Assembly (NCBI GenBank): GCA_951406725.2
Contig: OX597829.1
Coordinates: 53,816,001 to 53,880,000 of the forward strand
DNA length: 64,000 nucleotides
Reading direction: 5' to 3'
Source: Octopus vulgaris
Taxonomy: Eukaryota
Shown here: positions 24,601 to 37,781 of the stretch, piece after piece
Layout: every line of letters begins with the position of its first letter
Position numbering within the stretch: the first letter of the stretch is position 1
The notes under the pieces: model-generated
The model's database searches: none
What the model was told of the DNA's origin: nothing
The model's input: only the letters and a program-made list of their open reading frames with translations
Position numbers and translations under genes: made by a program

Positions 24601-27600
24601 CTATCGATGTAAAAAACAAAAAGCTTTAATGGATTCAAGTCATTAAATTAAGACTTCTGAAGTTCAGATTCTGATATATTTTATTCGTTTAAGTTGTGTA
24701 ATGAAATTCTTCATTAAATAAATCACAGTAAAAAATTTGTAAAATGATTGTTTTGAACCAAGCAGTGATGAATGGACACTTGTTTTTTAACCTTTAGGTC
24801 CCCTGTTGTTATGACTAAATAATTTAAAGTATATGTATACAGTTGTACTCAAGAAGATCCACCCACCACCTTAATTGATATCCGAAAACCACAGTGCCAT
24901 GTGAAAGAAAAACATTGGTGCTAAGGTTATGTAAAAAGCAGTGGTGCTGGTGCCATGTAAAATGCACCCAGTACATTCTGTAGAGTAGTTGGCATTAGGA
25001 GGGGCATCCTGCTGTATAGACTAAGCCAAAGCAGGCTATGGAATGGGGTATAGCCCCTGTCAAGCTGTCCAACCTCTACCAACATGGATGTTAATTGATG
25101 ATAATGATGACGATGACAGCACTGAGAATGTGAAAGTTAAAATCAGGATATATGAATTTGGGCTGTGTTTGGTTAATTGGAGAACATCAAAGGGAACCGA
25201 CAAACCTCATTTTCATGTCAATTACATATCAATATGAAGAAGGAAACCCCACCCAACTTGTATTACTGGTAGTAAATTATTGAATTATTTGTAAAGAAAA
25301 ACTTTTTATTCTTGCTTTATGTAATTTGTTCATGTGTAACATAGCCACAATATACATGGCCTGATCAATAAGTATCCGGACTGTTGCCATAGTAACGAAG
25401 CTAAAGCATGCAGAGTGAAGCTACTTAGCACAGATTGACCTTGAACTCTGCTGTGCATGAGCACTAAGTTTTAACGTTCTAGCTCACTTCTGCCATTTAC
25501 AGTAGTGCTTGGAAGGGAGGTGTGTAGCATGTGATTATTGCATCGAATTTTGCCAAAAGATTGGTGATACCTGCTCAGAGTCTATTCAAAATTTTCAAAA
25601 AGTTTCCATCATTCTGAACGCAATCAAGGAGATCTTGTGTACCTGAAACCCGTGTGTCTTTTTGGTCAGCTGAAAGCAGTTTTGTCACAAACTTGGCAGA
25701 CACACGTCTCATACCCAAATCTTCAGGGATAATGAACTGGACTGAACTATAACTAATCTGAACATCCTCTGATAACTCACAGATGGTGATTCGACGATTT
25801 CCCCTCACAGCTGCATGCACATCTGCAATGTTTTTCTCAGTACTGCTGGTTGCTGGTCTCCTTGCACTTTTGTCAATAGCGACATTTTTTGGTCATCTTG
25901 GAAACGTCTGAACCATTCATACACTTGTTTGTAGCTCATACACTCCTCTCCATACACTTTCTGCAACTTTGCGTAAGCCTCTGAGTAGGTATTGCCATAA
26001 AAGCTTTCTCTGTCAAGGTCAATGTAACAATCACACACTACACACCTTCCTTCCAAGCACTGCCGTAAACAGCGGAAGTGAGCTAGAACATTAAAACTTA
26101 GAGCATATACACAGCAGAGTTCAAAGTCAATCTTTGCCAAGCGGCTTCACTCTGTATGTTTTAGCTTTGTTACAATGGCAACAGTCCAAATACTTATTGA
26201 TCAGACCTCATATTACTATTGAAAAAATATTGAAAACCATAATTTATCCTGTAGCAGGTAAATTTGGTAAATTGCACACACAGATTGCTTCATTGAGGTT
26301 GGAATTGACTGTAATAAAATAAGATTTCATTCTGTGCTCAGTAATTGTTGAAAAATCATTAATGTGTTTTGTTAACCCTTTAGTATTTAAACTGGTCCAA
26401 ATATTCTACTGGTTTTTTGTTCAAACCAGCCATATCTGGCCACTCACACTAGCCCTACAATGTCATTCTTAAAACAAACTTATTACATCATTGAAACCCC
26501 AAAGCTATGACATAATGCACAGTTAACTCAAGACAATTTGGATGAATAAGCAATATGTAATGTTAAAGGATTAAATCTGTGTCCCAGTTGATATTGTTTT
26601 GGAATTTTTTTCAGAGAAAATGTGTTGTACATATTTGTGTATGTTTTTATGTGCCAATATTTAATATTAAAAGCTTTGAATTTTTCATTTTACAGCATGG
26701 AATTGTTTCCTTTTGGAGTTCTATGTCAACACTTAGAAAGAAAAAACGCATCGTTGTAAGCAATTAGCTCTTTTTAATAAATTACGTTTGATTTATTGCC
26801 ATCTTGATTCTATGCAGCTTTGACATATTAAATGGTGAATAAAGTTATATTTTAGCTAACATAAACTATAATTGCATGTCCGTGGCATCATGATCTATAT
26901 AGATACTCCAGTAACCATCCACCACCACCACCACCTCATACTCTAGTTAATCTCATTTCTCTACTGACATAATCTAAAACGTATTCTAGCTAATATTATG
27001 CTCCTACCTTCATGACCTAATTTTACACGGACTTGTGAGAAAAGCAACCAAATCACTCTCAGATCACACTTTAGTGTCTTAAAAATAGGACATGCTTAGA
27101 TTATGTAGTCTGTGTCAAAAATAGATGGCTGGTCTTGGCTAGAATGCCTTTAATCATAGGTCTTCTCAGTCGGGGCTAATGTGGGATTAAGAAACAACAA
27201 CTTCTGCCCATTTGTTACTTTCATCTATATTTTTTCCGTCACCTTTGTTAAGGATATGTGTGGCTATTAATTTCAAAGTTTTAATTTAAAAACATTATTA
27301 GAATTAGCATATTTCATTCAATATATATACAAAATAAAATGCAAATTATTGAAGATGTTCTAAAAATACTGTAAAAAAACCCCCCATAAAATGTGATGTC
27401 ATAAGGAAGCAGCTTTGTGCTTGCTCAATATGTTAGAAATAGCAGCCAGATCTCTTTCAGATCATATAATTCCAACCTTAAAAGATACATATCAGATAAT
27501 GAAGTCCTCAAAAGATGGGATAACCATAGTTAGAATGCCTTAGACTGTAGGTCTGCTCAGTGAAGGCTGACCTGAGTCTAAACAACAGCATAGATTATGT

Positions 27601-29254
27601 ATAAACTAAGTTATGATAGAATAGAAGAATATCATCATCATCATCATCATCATCATTTAGCGTCCGCTTTCCATGCTAGCATGGGTTGGACGGTTCAACT
27701 GGGGTCTGTGAAGCCAGAAGGCTGCATCAGGCCCAGTCTGATCTGGCAGTGTTTCTACGGCTGGATGCCCTTCCTAACGCTAACCACTCCGTGAGTATAG
27801 TGGGTGCTTTTTACGTGCCACCCGCACAGGTGCCAGACGGAGCTGGCAAACGGCCACGGACGGATGGTACTTTTTACGTGCCTACCCCCTGGGGGCTAAA
27901 CATAGAGGGGATAAAAGAATGACAAACCAGGGGATTAAGTCGATTACATCAACCCCAGTGCGTAACTGGTACTTATTTAATCGACCCCCAAAAGGATGGA
28001 AGGCAAAGTTGACCTTGGCCAAATTTGAACTCAGAACATAAAGACAGACGGTACCACTAAGCATTTCGTCTGGCGTGCTAACGATTCTGCCAGCTTGCCT
28101 CCCTATAGAAGAATATTAATTGGATTGATTTGTAACATTTTTTCCCCCCCAAATGATTGGTCTTTTAGCATATATTATATTTTTTTCCCTTTTTTTCAGA
28201 GTCCTAATCCTGAAAGACGCACACCAAAATGGATTACTGACTTTTTAATTATGTCTAAGTATAATAAATTAATGGTTGGAACTGGGTGAGTTTTAATTCA
28301 ATCCTTCTTACATTTTCCAAGTTTCCAGCTCTACGAGTCCTACTCTGCTATATTACTGTAGCTTCATATTTCACAGTCCAACTTCATTCTATACTGGAGT
28401 TTCTCTTAAAATCTATCATCACCATTTATGTAGTTCTAATCTTTCTACCAAAGTGATTTCTCATTCTGGCTCAAATTTCTTGTTAAATTAGACAAAAACA
28501 AGGATTATGATTCTATATATACCATCATCATCACCATCACCATTTAGTGTCCACTTCTCCATGCATGCATGGGTCAAATGAAATTTTTCTATGGCTGGAT
28601 GCGCTTCCTGTCATCAACCCTCACCTGTTTCCAAGCAAGGTAATATTTCTCCATGGCCAGACATGTTTTTATGGAAGATTGAAATTGAAGGACAATGCTT
28701 GTATGACAGTAACACTCATTCACAGCACTTAAATGATATCAAGACAAGCAGACACAAACACACATACATAATGTGTGTGTGTGTGTATGTCATCATCATT
28801 GTTTAACGTCCGTTTTCCATGCTAGCATGGGTTGGACGGTTCGACCGGGGTCTGGAAAGCCAGAAGGCTGCACCAGGCCCAGTCTGATCTGGCAGTGTTT
28901 CTACAGCTGGATGCCCTTCCTAACACCAACCGCTCCGTGAGTGTAGTGGGTGCTTTTTACATGCCAGGGGAGGCTGGCAACAGCCATGATCAGTTGGTGC
29001 TCTTACGTGCCACCAGCACGAAGGCCAGCCAAGGCAGCGCTGGCAACGGCCATGTTCAGATGGTTCTTTTATGTGCCACCGGCACAAATATCACAACTAC
29101 AATTTCCATTGATTTTTGATTGATTTCGATTTCACTTGCCTCAACAGGTCTTCACAAGCAGAGTTTTGTGTCCCAAGAAGGAAAGGTATGCATAAGTGGA
29201 CTGGCTACATCCCAGGTAGAGGCCACAGGTTATGGTCTCACTTGTCCTGCCGAG

Positions 29255-29294
<40 letters not shown>

Positions 29295-29956
29295 ATAAGT
29301 GGCAGAGAAATAGTTTGATGAATTCAAATATCACAACAAATTGTTTTGTAACTTAAAAACAAGTAGATAATTTATATTACTATATATATATTTGTGTTGC
29401 TAGTACTTGGTGACCCTGCCAGTGCTGGTGCCACATATAAAGCATCCAGTCCACACTGTAAAGCGGGTGGCATTTGGAAGAGCTTCCAGCTGTAAAAACC
29501 TTGCCAAAACTGACCTCACCTGTGCTTGTGCCACATAAAAAGCACTAAGTCCACTCTGTTGAGTGGTTGGTGATAGGAAGAGCATCCAGCTGTAAAAATC
29601 CTGCCAAATTGTCTAACTGTCCCACCCATGCCAGCATGGAAGGCGGACATTAAACGATGATGATGATGATGATGATATTTGATAATAAATTAATTACTTA
29701 CATGTCTGCATTTGTCATGATATTAGAATTTTCTTATTGTTAAATAAAATTTCATCAAAGTCTTTGTCTGTCGTTTATGACTTTATACACCCCTGATTGG
29801 TTTCTCTTGTATCGTACTATGTATTCTATGTTTTGTAGAATAATACGTTAAGGAGCTTTTTCTAACCAGATTCTACACTCATATTCTTGTTACTTGTGAG
29901 TATACACTAGCACTACACCATGTCTCTTCTGCTCTCTCTTACACTTCTGCTGTTTC

Positions 29957-29995
<39 letters not shown>

Positions 29996-30540
29996 TTCGT
30001 CACTGTCTCTCCTTCTATTGTTTTTCCTCTGACTAGGTAACCAAGTATCACTTTTACATCAACAAACTTGTTTCTGGCCTCTTTCTTGTATCTCTCTCTC
30101 TCTCTCTCTCTCTCTTATATATATATATATATATATGTGGCACGTAAAAAGCACCATCTGATCGTGGCCATTGCCAGCCTCGCTCTGCCGGTGGCACGTA
30201 AAAGCACCACCCGACCGTGTCCGTTGCCAGCGCCGCCCCGACTGGCCTCCGTGCCGGTGGCACGTAAAAGCACCATCCGATCATGGCTGTTGCCAGCCTC
30301 GACTGGCCCCTGTGCCAGTGGCACGTAAAAGCATCATCCGTCCGTGGCCGTTTGCCAGCCCCGTCTGCCACCTGTGCGGGTGGCATGTAAAAAGCACCCA
30401 CTACACTCACGGAGTGGTTGGCGTTAGGAAGGGCAGATCAGACTGGGCCGGTGCAGCCTTCTGGCTTCCCAGACCCTAGTTGAACCGTCCAACCCATGCT
30501 AGCATGGAAAGCGGACGCTAAATGATAATGATGATGATGA

Positions 30541-30576
<36 letters not shown>

Positions 30577-32278
30577 CCCTATTACACTCAAACCTCTCAT
30601 CATCTGATACTGGATCATCTCCTCTAAAGACCCTTCATTGTGGCAACACACGTGTTTCTGTTTCTCTGTCTCTTTGTCACACTTTGACTTTCATTCTCTG
30701 ACACAAATGCCCTGCCCCTATCATAATTCCTTGTCTTGTGAGTTATTTGGTTATCCTGCCAGTGCTGGTGCCAGGTTGAAAGCATCCAGTCCACACTGTA
30801 ATGTGGTTGGCATCTTGAAGGGCATCCAGCTGTAAAACTCTTACCAAAACTAACTTTGCCTGTGCTGGTACCACATAAAAAGCACTGAATCCATTCTGCG
30901 GAGTGGTCAGTGTTAGGAAGGGCATCCAGCCATAAAATCCTTGCCAAAACAGACACAGCAGCCTTTGGGTAGATTTTCTACCTGGCTGGCTCCTGTCAAC
31001 CATCCTACCCACGCAAGCATGGAAGATGGATGTTAAACAATGATGGTGATGACGACTGGATTACTTGAATCCATATATTGTGACTTAAATTTATAAATCA
31101 CCCAGACACAACAGGCTTCATTCAGTTTCTGTCTATCAAATCTAGTCATAAGCAATTGGTCATCCCAAAGCTATTGTAGAAGATTCTTGTCCAAGGTGCC
31201 CTTCAGTGGGACTGAACCCAGAACCATTTGGTTAAGAAGCAAACTTCTTACTACTAGGCCACATTCAGTTTTTTTGGAAAATAACCAAAACTAGATGCAA
31301 TTATAAGAATTATGTGGCTCTCCAGTTGTGTGTGTGTGTGTGCGTGCTTGTATGTGTGTGTATCTATATTAATACTAATAATATGACAACAAAAGAATGA
31401 ATGAGACTTCGATATTATGAAAATAGAGGAATTTGTCTATAAATATAATATGTGATAATTAGTTGGTTGTCATAATAAAACTCGGATGCCGTGGCTGAAG
31501 TCTGCTCTGGCATTTCATCAGTTATTAAGGCAAAAAAAAATAAATAACTGATGAGATGCCAGAGCAGACTTCAGCCCCAGCATCTGAAACTCTGAGTTTT
31601 ATTATGACAACCAACTAATTGTCACATATTATATTTATTTCTAATATATATATATATATAAAACCAAAAAATAAGCAACAAGAATGGATCGGTAGTTTAG
31701 TACAATTGTTTCATACTATAAACATTTTATTAAAGCTGCAAATATTACAGCAAATATAATGTCAAGTAATCTTCAGCTAAATTTCATATAGATTTTCCAA
31801 ACATCTTAGAGAGTGTAAATATACTTATAAAGTTATAGATGTGAGTTCCAGGAACTTGAAGTAAGATTCCAAGCAGACCATATATGCTTTCCAACAATAC
31901 AAAGTTCTTAAATTAATTATTGACATCCCAGAGAAGGTAAATATACTCATAAAGATGTGGATATAAATTTCAAGAAACATGAGGAAAGATGCCGATCAGA
32001 CCACGATTAAGTTCGCATCTAACTGTAGCAAACAAAATTCTATATGAAATTTAGCTGAAGATTACTTGACATTATATTTGCTGTAATATTTGCAGCTTTA
32101 ATAAAATGTTTATAGTATGAAACAATTGTACTAAACTACCGATCCATTCTTGTTGCTTATTTTTTGGTTTTAATCACCCCACATAATTTTTATGGGTAAT
32201 ACCATAAAAAAATTCTGGTGCATCTAAGTTAAGTACCATATTCATTTGAATCTAAATTGTTTTGCTGATATATATATA

Positions 32279-32326
<48 letters not shown>

Positions 32327-32848
32327 ATCAGTGCCAAGCAGTGTTTGGGCATAAGCAAACTTTATGTTAGTTAAAATATGTTTGTGACATATTTCAACTT
32401 CTAAAGGAAATGCACTGTAATCACCATGGAGAAAAAGGAATTTTTCTCCATGGTAATTGCTGTTGAAATGTCACAAACATGTTTTAGCTAACCTAAATTT
32501 CTCATATATATATATATATATATTTATATTGTATGCAGGCATGCATGCATACATGTTCATTTGCTTGCTGACTGGGTTATACAAATATCAATGAAATTAA
32601 GCTAAGCTGATGATGATTTCTTTTTAAATGTTTCTTTCAAGTGTTACCTACTTAAAATGTGACCTTGGCAATACTATATATATATAGGCACAGGAGTGGC
32701 TGTGTGGTAAGTAGCTTGCTTACCAACCACATGGTTCCGGGTCCAGTCCCACTGCATGGCACCTTGGGCAAGTGTCTTCTACTATAACCTCGGGCCGACC
32801 AAAGCTTTGTGAGTGGATTTGATAGACGGAAACTGAAAGAAGCCCGTC

Positions 32849-32886
<38 letters not shown>

Positions 32887-34607
32887 GTTTGTGTGTCTGT
32901 GTTTGTCTCCCCCAGCATTGCTTGACAACCGATGCTGGTGTGTTTACGTCCCTGTAACTTAGTGGTTCGGCAAAAGAGACCGATAGAATAAGTACTAGGC
33001 TTACAAAGAATAAGTCCTGACTGAAACAAGTAAAAGAGTCAAAATGTGACTGCGTGTGTATCGTTGGCGATTTTTTTCCTCCGTCTTCCTTCCCTTCCTT
33101 GGATCTTTCCTTTTCCTATGTTTCTGACGAAGAGCTCCGCTCGAAACATTAAATCCTCCTTCTTTCTTTCCTTTCCTGAGCATCCAATAACACTATACTT
33201 GTTCCATGTCCTCGCATTGTTGTGTTTTCATGTTTGGATTAACTTTATATATACATGAGAGCATTAAGTTAACTAAAACATGTTTGTGATATATTTCAAC
33301 AACATTTACCTTGGAGAAAAATTTTTGCACCTTTTTACCATAAGAAAGAATATTTTTCTCCATGGTGATTGCAGTGAATTTGCCTTTAGAAGTTGAAATA
33401 TGTCACTAACATATTTTAACTAACATAAAGTTCACTTATGCCTAAACACTGCTTGGAACCGATACTCATATAAAATACACATACGCACGCATACATGTAC
33501 GGACACACACACAACTGCAGTGCAACAATTATGCGTAATTCTTATAATTGTATCTAGTTTTGGTTATTGTCCAAAAAACTGAGTGTGACCATACAGTAAG
33601 AAGTTTACTTCCTAACCAAATGGTTCTACATTTGTTTGCCTTGCCAAGAGGCTTAACGCTTGTAGCTTAAGTCCTTTGCCCAGCCAGTTTTGAGTAGTAT
33701 CAAAGATAAGTGGGCATAGCTACGTGGACATTCTGCACTCTGACTGAAGAGGCGATTGGCTGCGAATGATCCGTGTATCGTGTTTTGTCTTGTTTGCCGT
33801 TGTTGTGCTATTGTCCTTTTCTCCACATAATGTGTTTTGACAGTTACCATTTGTTGTGTTTTTTCTGTTCTACCTTTGATTATGTATGTACATATATATA
33901 TATATATGTACATATATATATATATATATGTACATATATATGTATGTACATATATATAGGTAATATATGTGTTTTACAAATATAGTATGAATGTGTTTAC
34001 ATTCTCATTTAGCTCACTGTGAAATATTATAATTGAATTTATTGAGACAGCGAGCTGGAAGAATCATTACTTATACTGGAAGAATTATTTAGCAGTTATT
34101 TTATGTTCTGAGTTCAAAATGCTGCAGAGGTCAACTTTGTCTTTCATCTATTCGGGGTCAATAAAATAAGTACCAGTTGAACACTGGGGTTAATATGATT
34201 GACTTAACTGCCACCCCACCTCCCCACCTCTTCCAAAATTGCTGACTTTGTATTAAAATTTTAAACCTGTATTTAAATTTATTTAATTTCTGATAATTAG
34301 CTATTTCTGATAACTAAATATCGCTTAATTAATAACAGAATGCATAAATGGTCACCTTAAGCTGTCCACTTTGGTGCTAGCTTTATTCTTGACTACTCTC
34401 TCCTATTGATTGGGGCAGAAAGCTGGGCATGTCTTCTATGAGGAATGGCCAATAAACCTAGAAATGTTTAATTAGGAGACACTCTCCCTTTTTGCTTTCT
34501 ACACATCAGAAATATCGAATGAATTTGGTTACAATTTCATTTAACCTGCAGTGAGCCTATATAGTATTTAAATGTTTCTCAGTTTGCTTGATTTATGCTG
34601 CATTGTG

Positions 34608-34656
<49 letters not shown>

Positions 34657-34871
34657 GTGTGTGTGTGTGTGTGTATCATTTGTAAAAAAAATAAACCCGA
34701 AAGAAGAAGCACACTTGAAGATGTAGAGCAATATACAATATATATTAAAAATGGGGAAGGCTGGGTTATGGGATTACCTTAGGTTTCCGTCCATAAAGGG
34801 TTTAACTTTATGGCGTATCCTCAGATCCCCAAACCCAAGGTAATCCCATAAACCAGCCTTCCCTATTTTTA

Positions 34872-34940
<69 letters not shown>

Positions 34941-35097
34941 GGAGTGGCTGTGTGGTTAGAGGCTTGCGTCCCAAACACATGGTTCTGGGTTTGTTCCCAC
35001 TGCGTAGGCACCTCGGGCATGTGCCTTCTACTATAGCCTCGGGCCGACTAAATCCTTGTGAGTGGATTTGGTAGATGGAAACTGAAAGGAGCCTGTC

Positions 35098-35133
<36 letters not shown>

Positions 35134-37746
35134 CTGTGTTTGTCCCCCCCCCCACCATTACTTGACAACCGTAACTTAGCGTTCCAGCAAAAGAGTTCGA
35201 TAGAATAAGTACTAGGCTTACAAAGAATAAGTCCTGGGGTCAATTTGTTCGTCTAAAGGCAATGCTCCAGCATGGCCGTGGTCAAAATGACTGAAACAAG
35301 TAAAAGAATAAAAGATTACATGTGTGTGTGTGTATGCATGTGTTTATTATGTGTATGTATGTATGTATGTGTGTGTGTGTGTGTGTAAATACATATATAT
35401 ATGTGTGTGCATATATATATACTTTTACTTATTCTTTGTAAGCCTAGTACTTATTCTATTGGACTCTTTTGCCAAACCGCTAAGTTACAGGGACGTAAAC
35501 ACACCAGCATCGGTTGTCAAGCGATGTTGGGAGGACAAATACAGACACACAAACATATACACACACATACATATGTATATACATACATACGACGGGCTTC
35601 TTTCAGTCTCCATCTACCAAATCCACTCACAAGGCTTTGGTTGGCCCGAGGCTATAGCAGAAGACACGCAGTGGGAATGAACCTGGAACCATGTGGTTGG
35701 TAAGCAAGCTACTTACCACACAGCCACTCCTGCGCCTATATAAATATTTTTTTTTATCTTTTATTATATTCCTATCAGTGGACTACAGCCATGATGGGAT
35801 GCTGCCTTGAAAGGTTTAGTCAAACAAATCAAACCTAGTACTTACTTTTTAAGCCTGGTACCCATTCTATCACACACATTTGCTGAACTGCTAAGTTATG
35901 GAAATGTAAACAAACCAGCATTGGTTGTCAAGCAGTGGTGAGGAGCACAGCACAAAGACACACATACATAGATACATACACACACACACACACACACACG
36001 ACACGCTTCTTTCAGTTTTCATCTACCAAATCTACTTACAATGATTTGGTCAGACCAGTGCTATGATAGCAGAAAACACTTGCCCACGGTGCCATACAGT
36101 GGGACTGAACCCAAAACCATGTGTTTGGGAAGCTAACTTCTGTCCATACCACAACGCCTGTACTAATAGATAAATTGACCCTTTTGTTACCGTATTTATT
36201 TTGAGATGCTCTGTATTTCTTTCAATTATTTTAAATATAACAAAGAATTTAGTAAAATGACTTAATTATCATTAAGCTAATGTTAGGGACAAAAATTGTG
36301 ACTGAAGTTTGGTGGAAGATTTTAACTCAAAACTTATGAAAACAAGACATTTTTGCTACAGAACCAGAGACGGTTTCAGCCAGGTTGGTAACGAAAGGGT
36401 TAACAGAAAGGCAGGCAGATACTGTATTCTTTTGTTTGTTTCATTACTGCTTTTAGTCATTAAGCTGTGTTGTTTTGGGACACTAGTATTAAAGATTTTT
36501 AGTCAATAATATTCCCAATACTTTCTCTGGTACTTATTTTGTCAATTTTATTAGGAACGAAGGCTGTGAGGTGGCAGAAACTTTAGCATGCTGGGCGAAA
36601 TGCTTAGCGGTATTTCATCTGTCTTTACATTCTAATTTCAAATTCCGCTGAGGTCGACTTTGCTTTTCATCATTTTGGGGTTGATAAATTAAATACCAGT
36701 TGCATACTGGGTTCGATCTAATCGACTGGCTGCCCTCCCCCCAAAATTTCAGGCCTTGTGCCTAGAGTAGAAAAGAATGTTTTGGTTCTTCAAGGCAGCA
36801 AGCTGGCAGAAACATTAACATTGCCAGGCAAAATGTTTAGTGGTATTTTGTCTGTCTTTTATGTTCTGAGTTCAAATTCCACCGAGCACGATTTGCCTTT
36901 CATCCTTTTGGGGTCAATATATTAAGTACCAGTTGCATACTGGGATCTATCTAATTGACTGGCACCCTCCCCAAAAAATTTCGGGTCTTGTGCCTAGATT
37001 AGAAAAGGATATTTTTATCTGCCAAGGTCGACTTTACCTTTCATTCTTTTGGGGTCAATAAATTAAGTACCAGTTGCATACTGGCACCTGCCCCCCAAAA
37101 TTTTGGGACTTGTGCCTAGAGTAGAAAAGTTTTAATAGGAATGAGAAGCAAAGTCTGCCTGAGTGTGAAGAGATGTGAAAGAGACATAATTTTTACAAAA
37201 ACTATAAACCGCTCAGATTTAGATTTGTAGTTAAGAACACTTGATTATTTTTTTTTTTTTTGCCTATATGTGCATTCTTTCCTGTTTGTCATCTATGCTT
37301 GTTAGTGTGTATGTGTGTGTGTGTGTTTGCATGCGTGCATCAGATTTTGGAAATATAAATATTAACAAGTAATTTTTAAAAAATCAAACATTCTTTTATC
37401 TTTCAGTAATCGGGAAATTCAGTTTTTTGAAATATCTTCCTTCCATCCTTATTGCCAAATCAGTAACTTTGAGAGTATTCCACTGAGACTCGACTACGCG
37501 TATGTTATCTTCTTTTTTTATCTTTATAAATGCTTTGCTGTTTTAATGGGCTGATTCTGTTAAGCAAAGTACATAATTGAATGTAAACTGAAAATTTAAA
37601 TTCAGTTTTTCCCTGATATGTAGCTGTGTCACAGGGTGCATACAGTTTAGGAATATATGTATGTGAATGTCTATGAGTGTACCTGTTTATATGTGTGCAT
37701 GTGTATGCACACATGTATACACATATGATGTATAGACATGTACATA

Positions 37747-37781
<35 letters not shown>

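Noticed and set aside
30137-30395. CRISPR-like repeat-spacer pattern
   Set aside because: Eukaryotic intron, spacers are homologous to one another, no cas genes, and the array is internal to a retroelement 3' end
33740-33775. CTGAAGAG-GC..GC..GAAT hammerhead-like trace
   Set aside because: No GAAA and no stem I or III; too degraded to support
34408-34460. Possible hammerhead (gtcttct-ATGAGGA...GAAA...aggagac)
   Set aside because: Core position 3 is wrong and stems II and III do not pair convincingly
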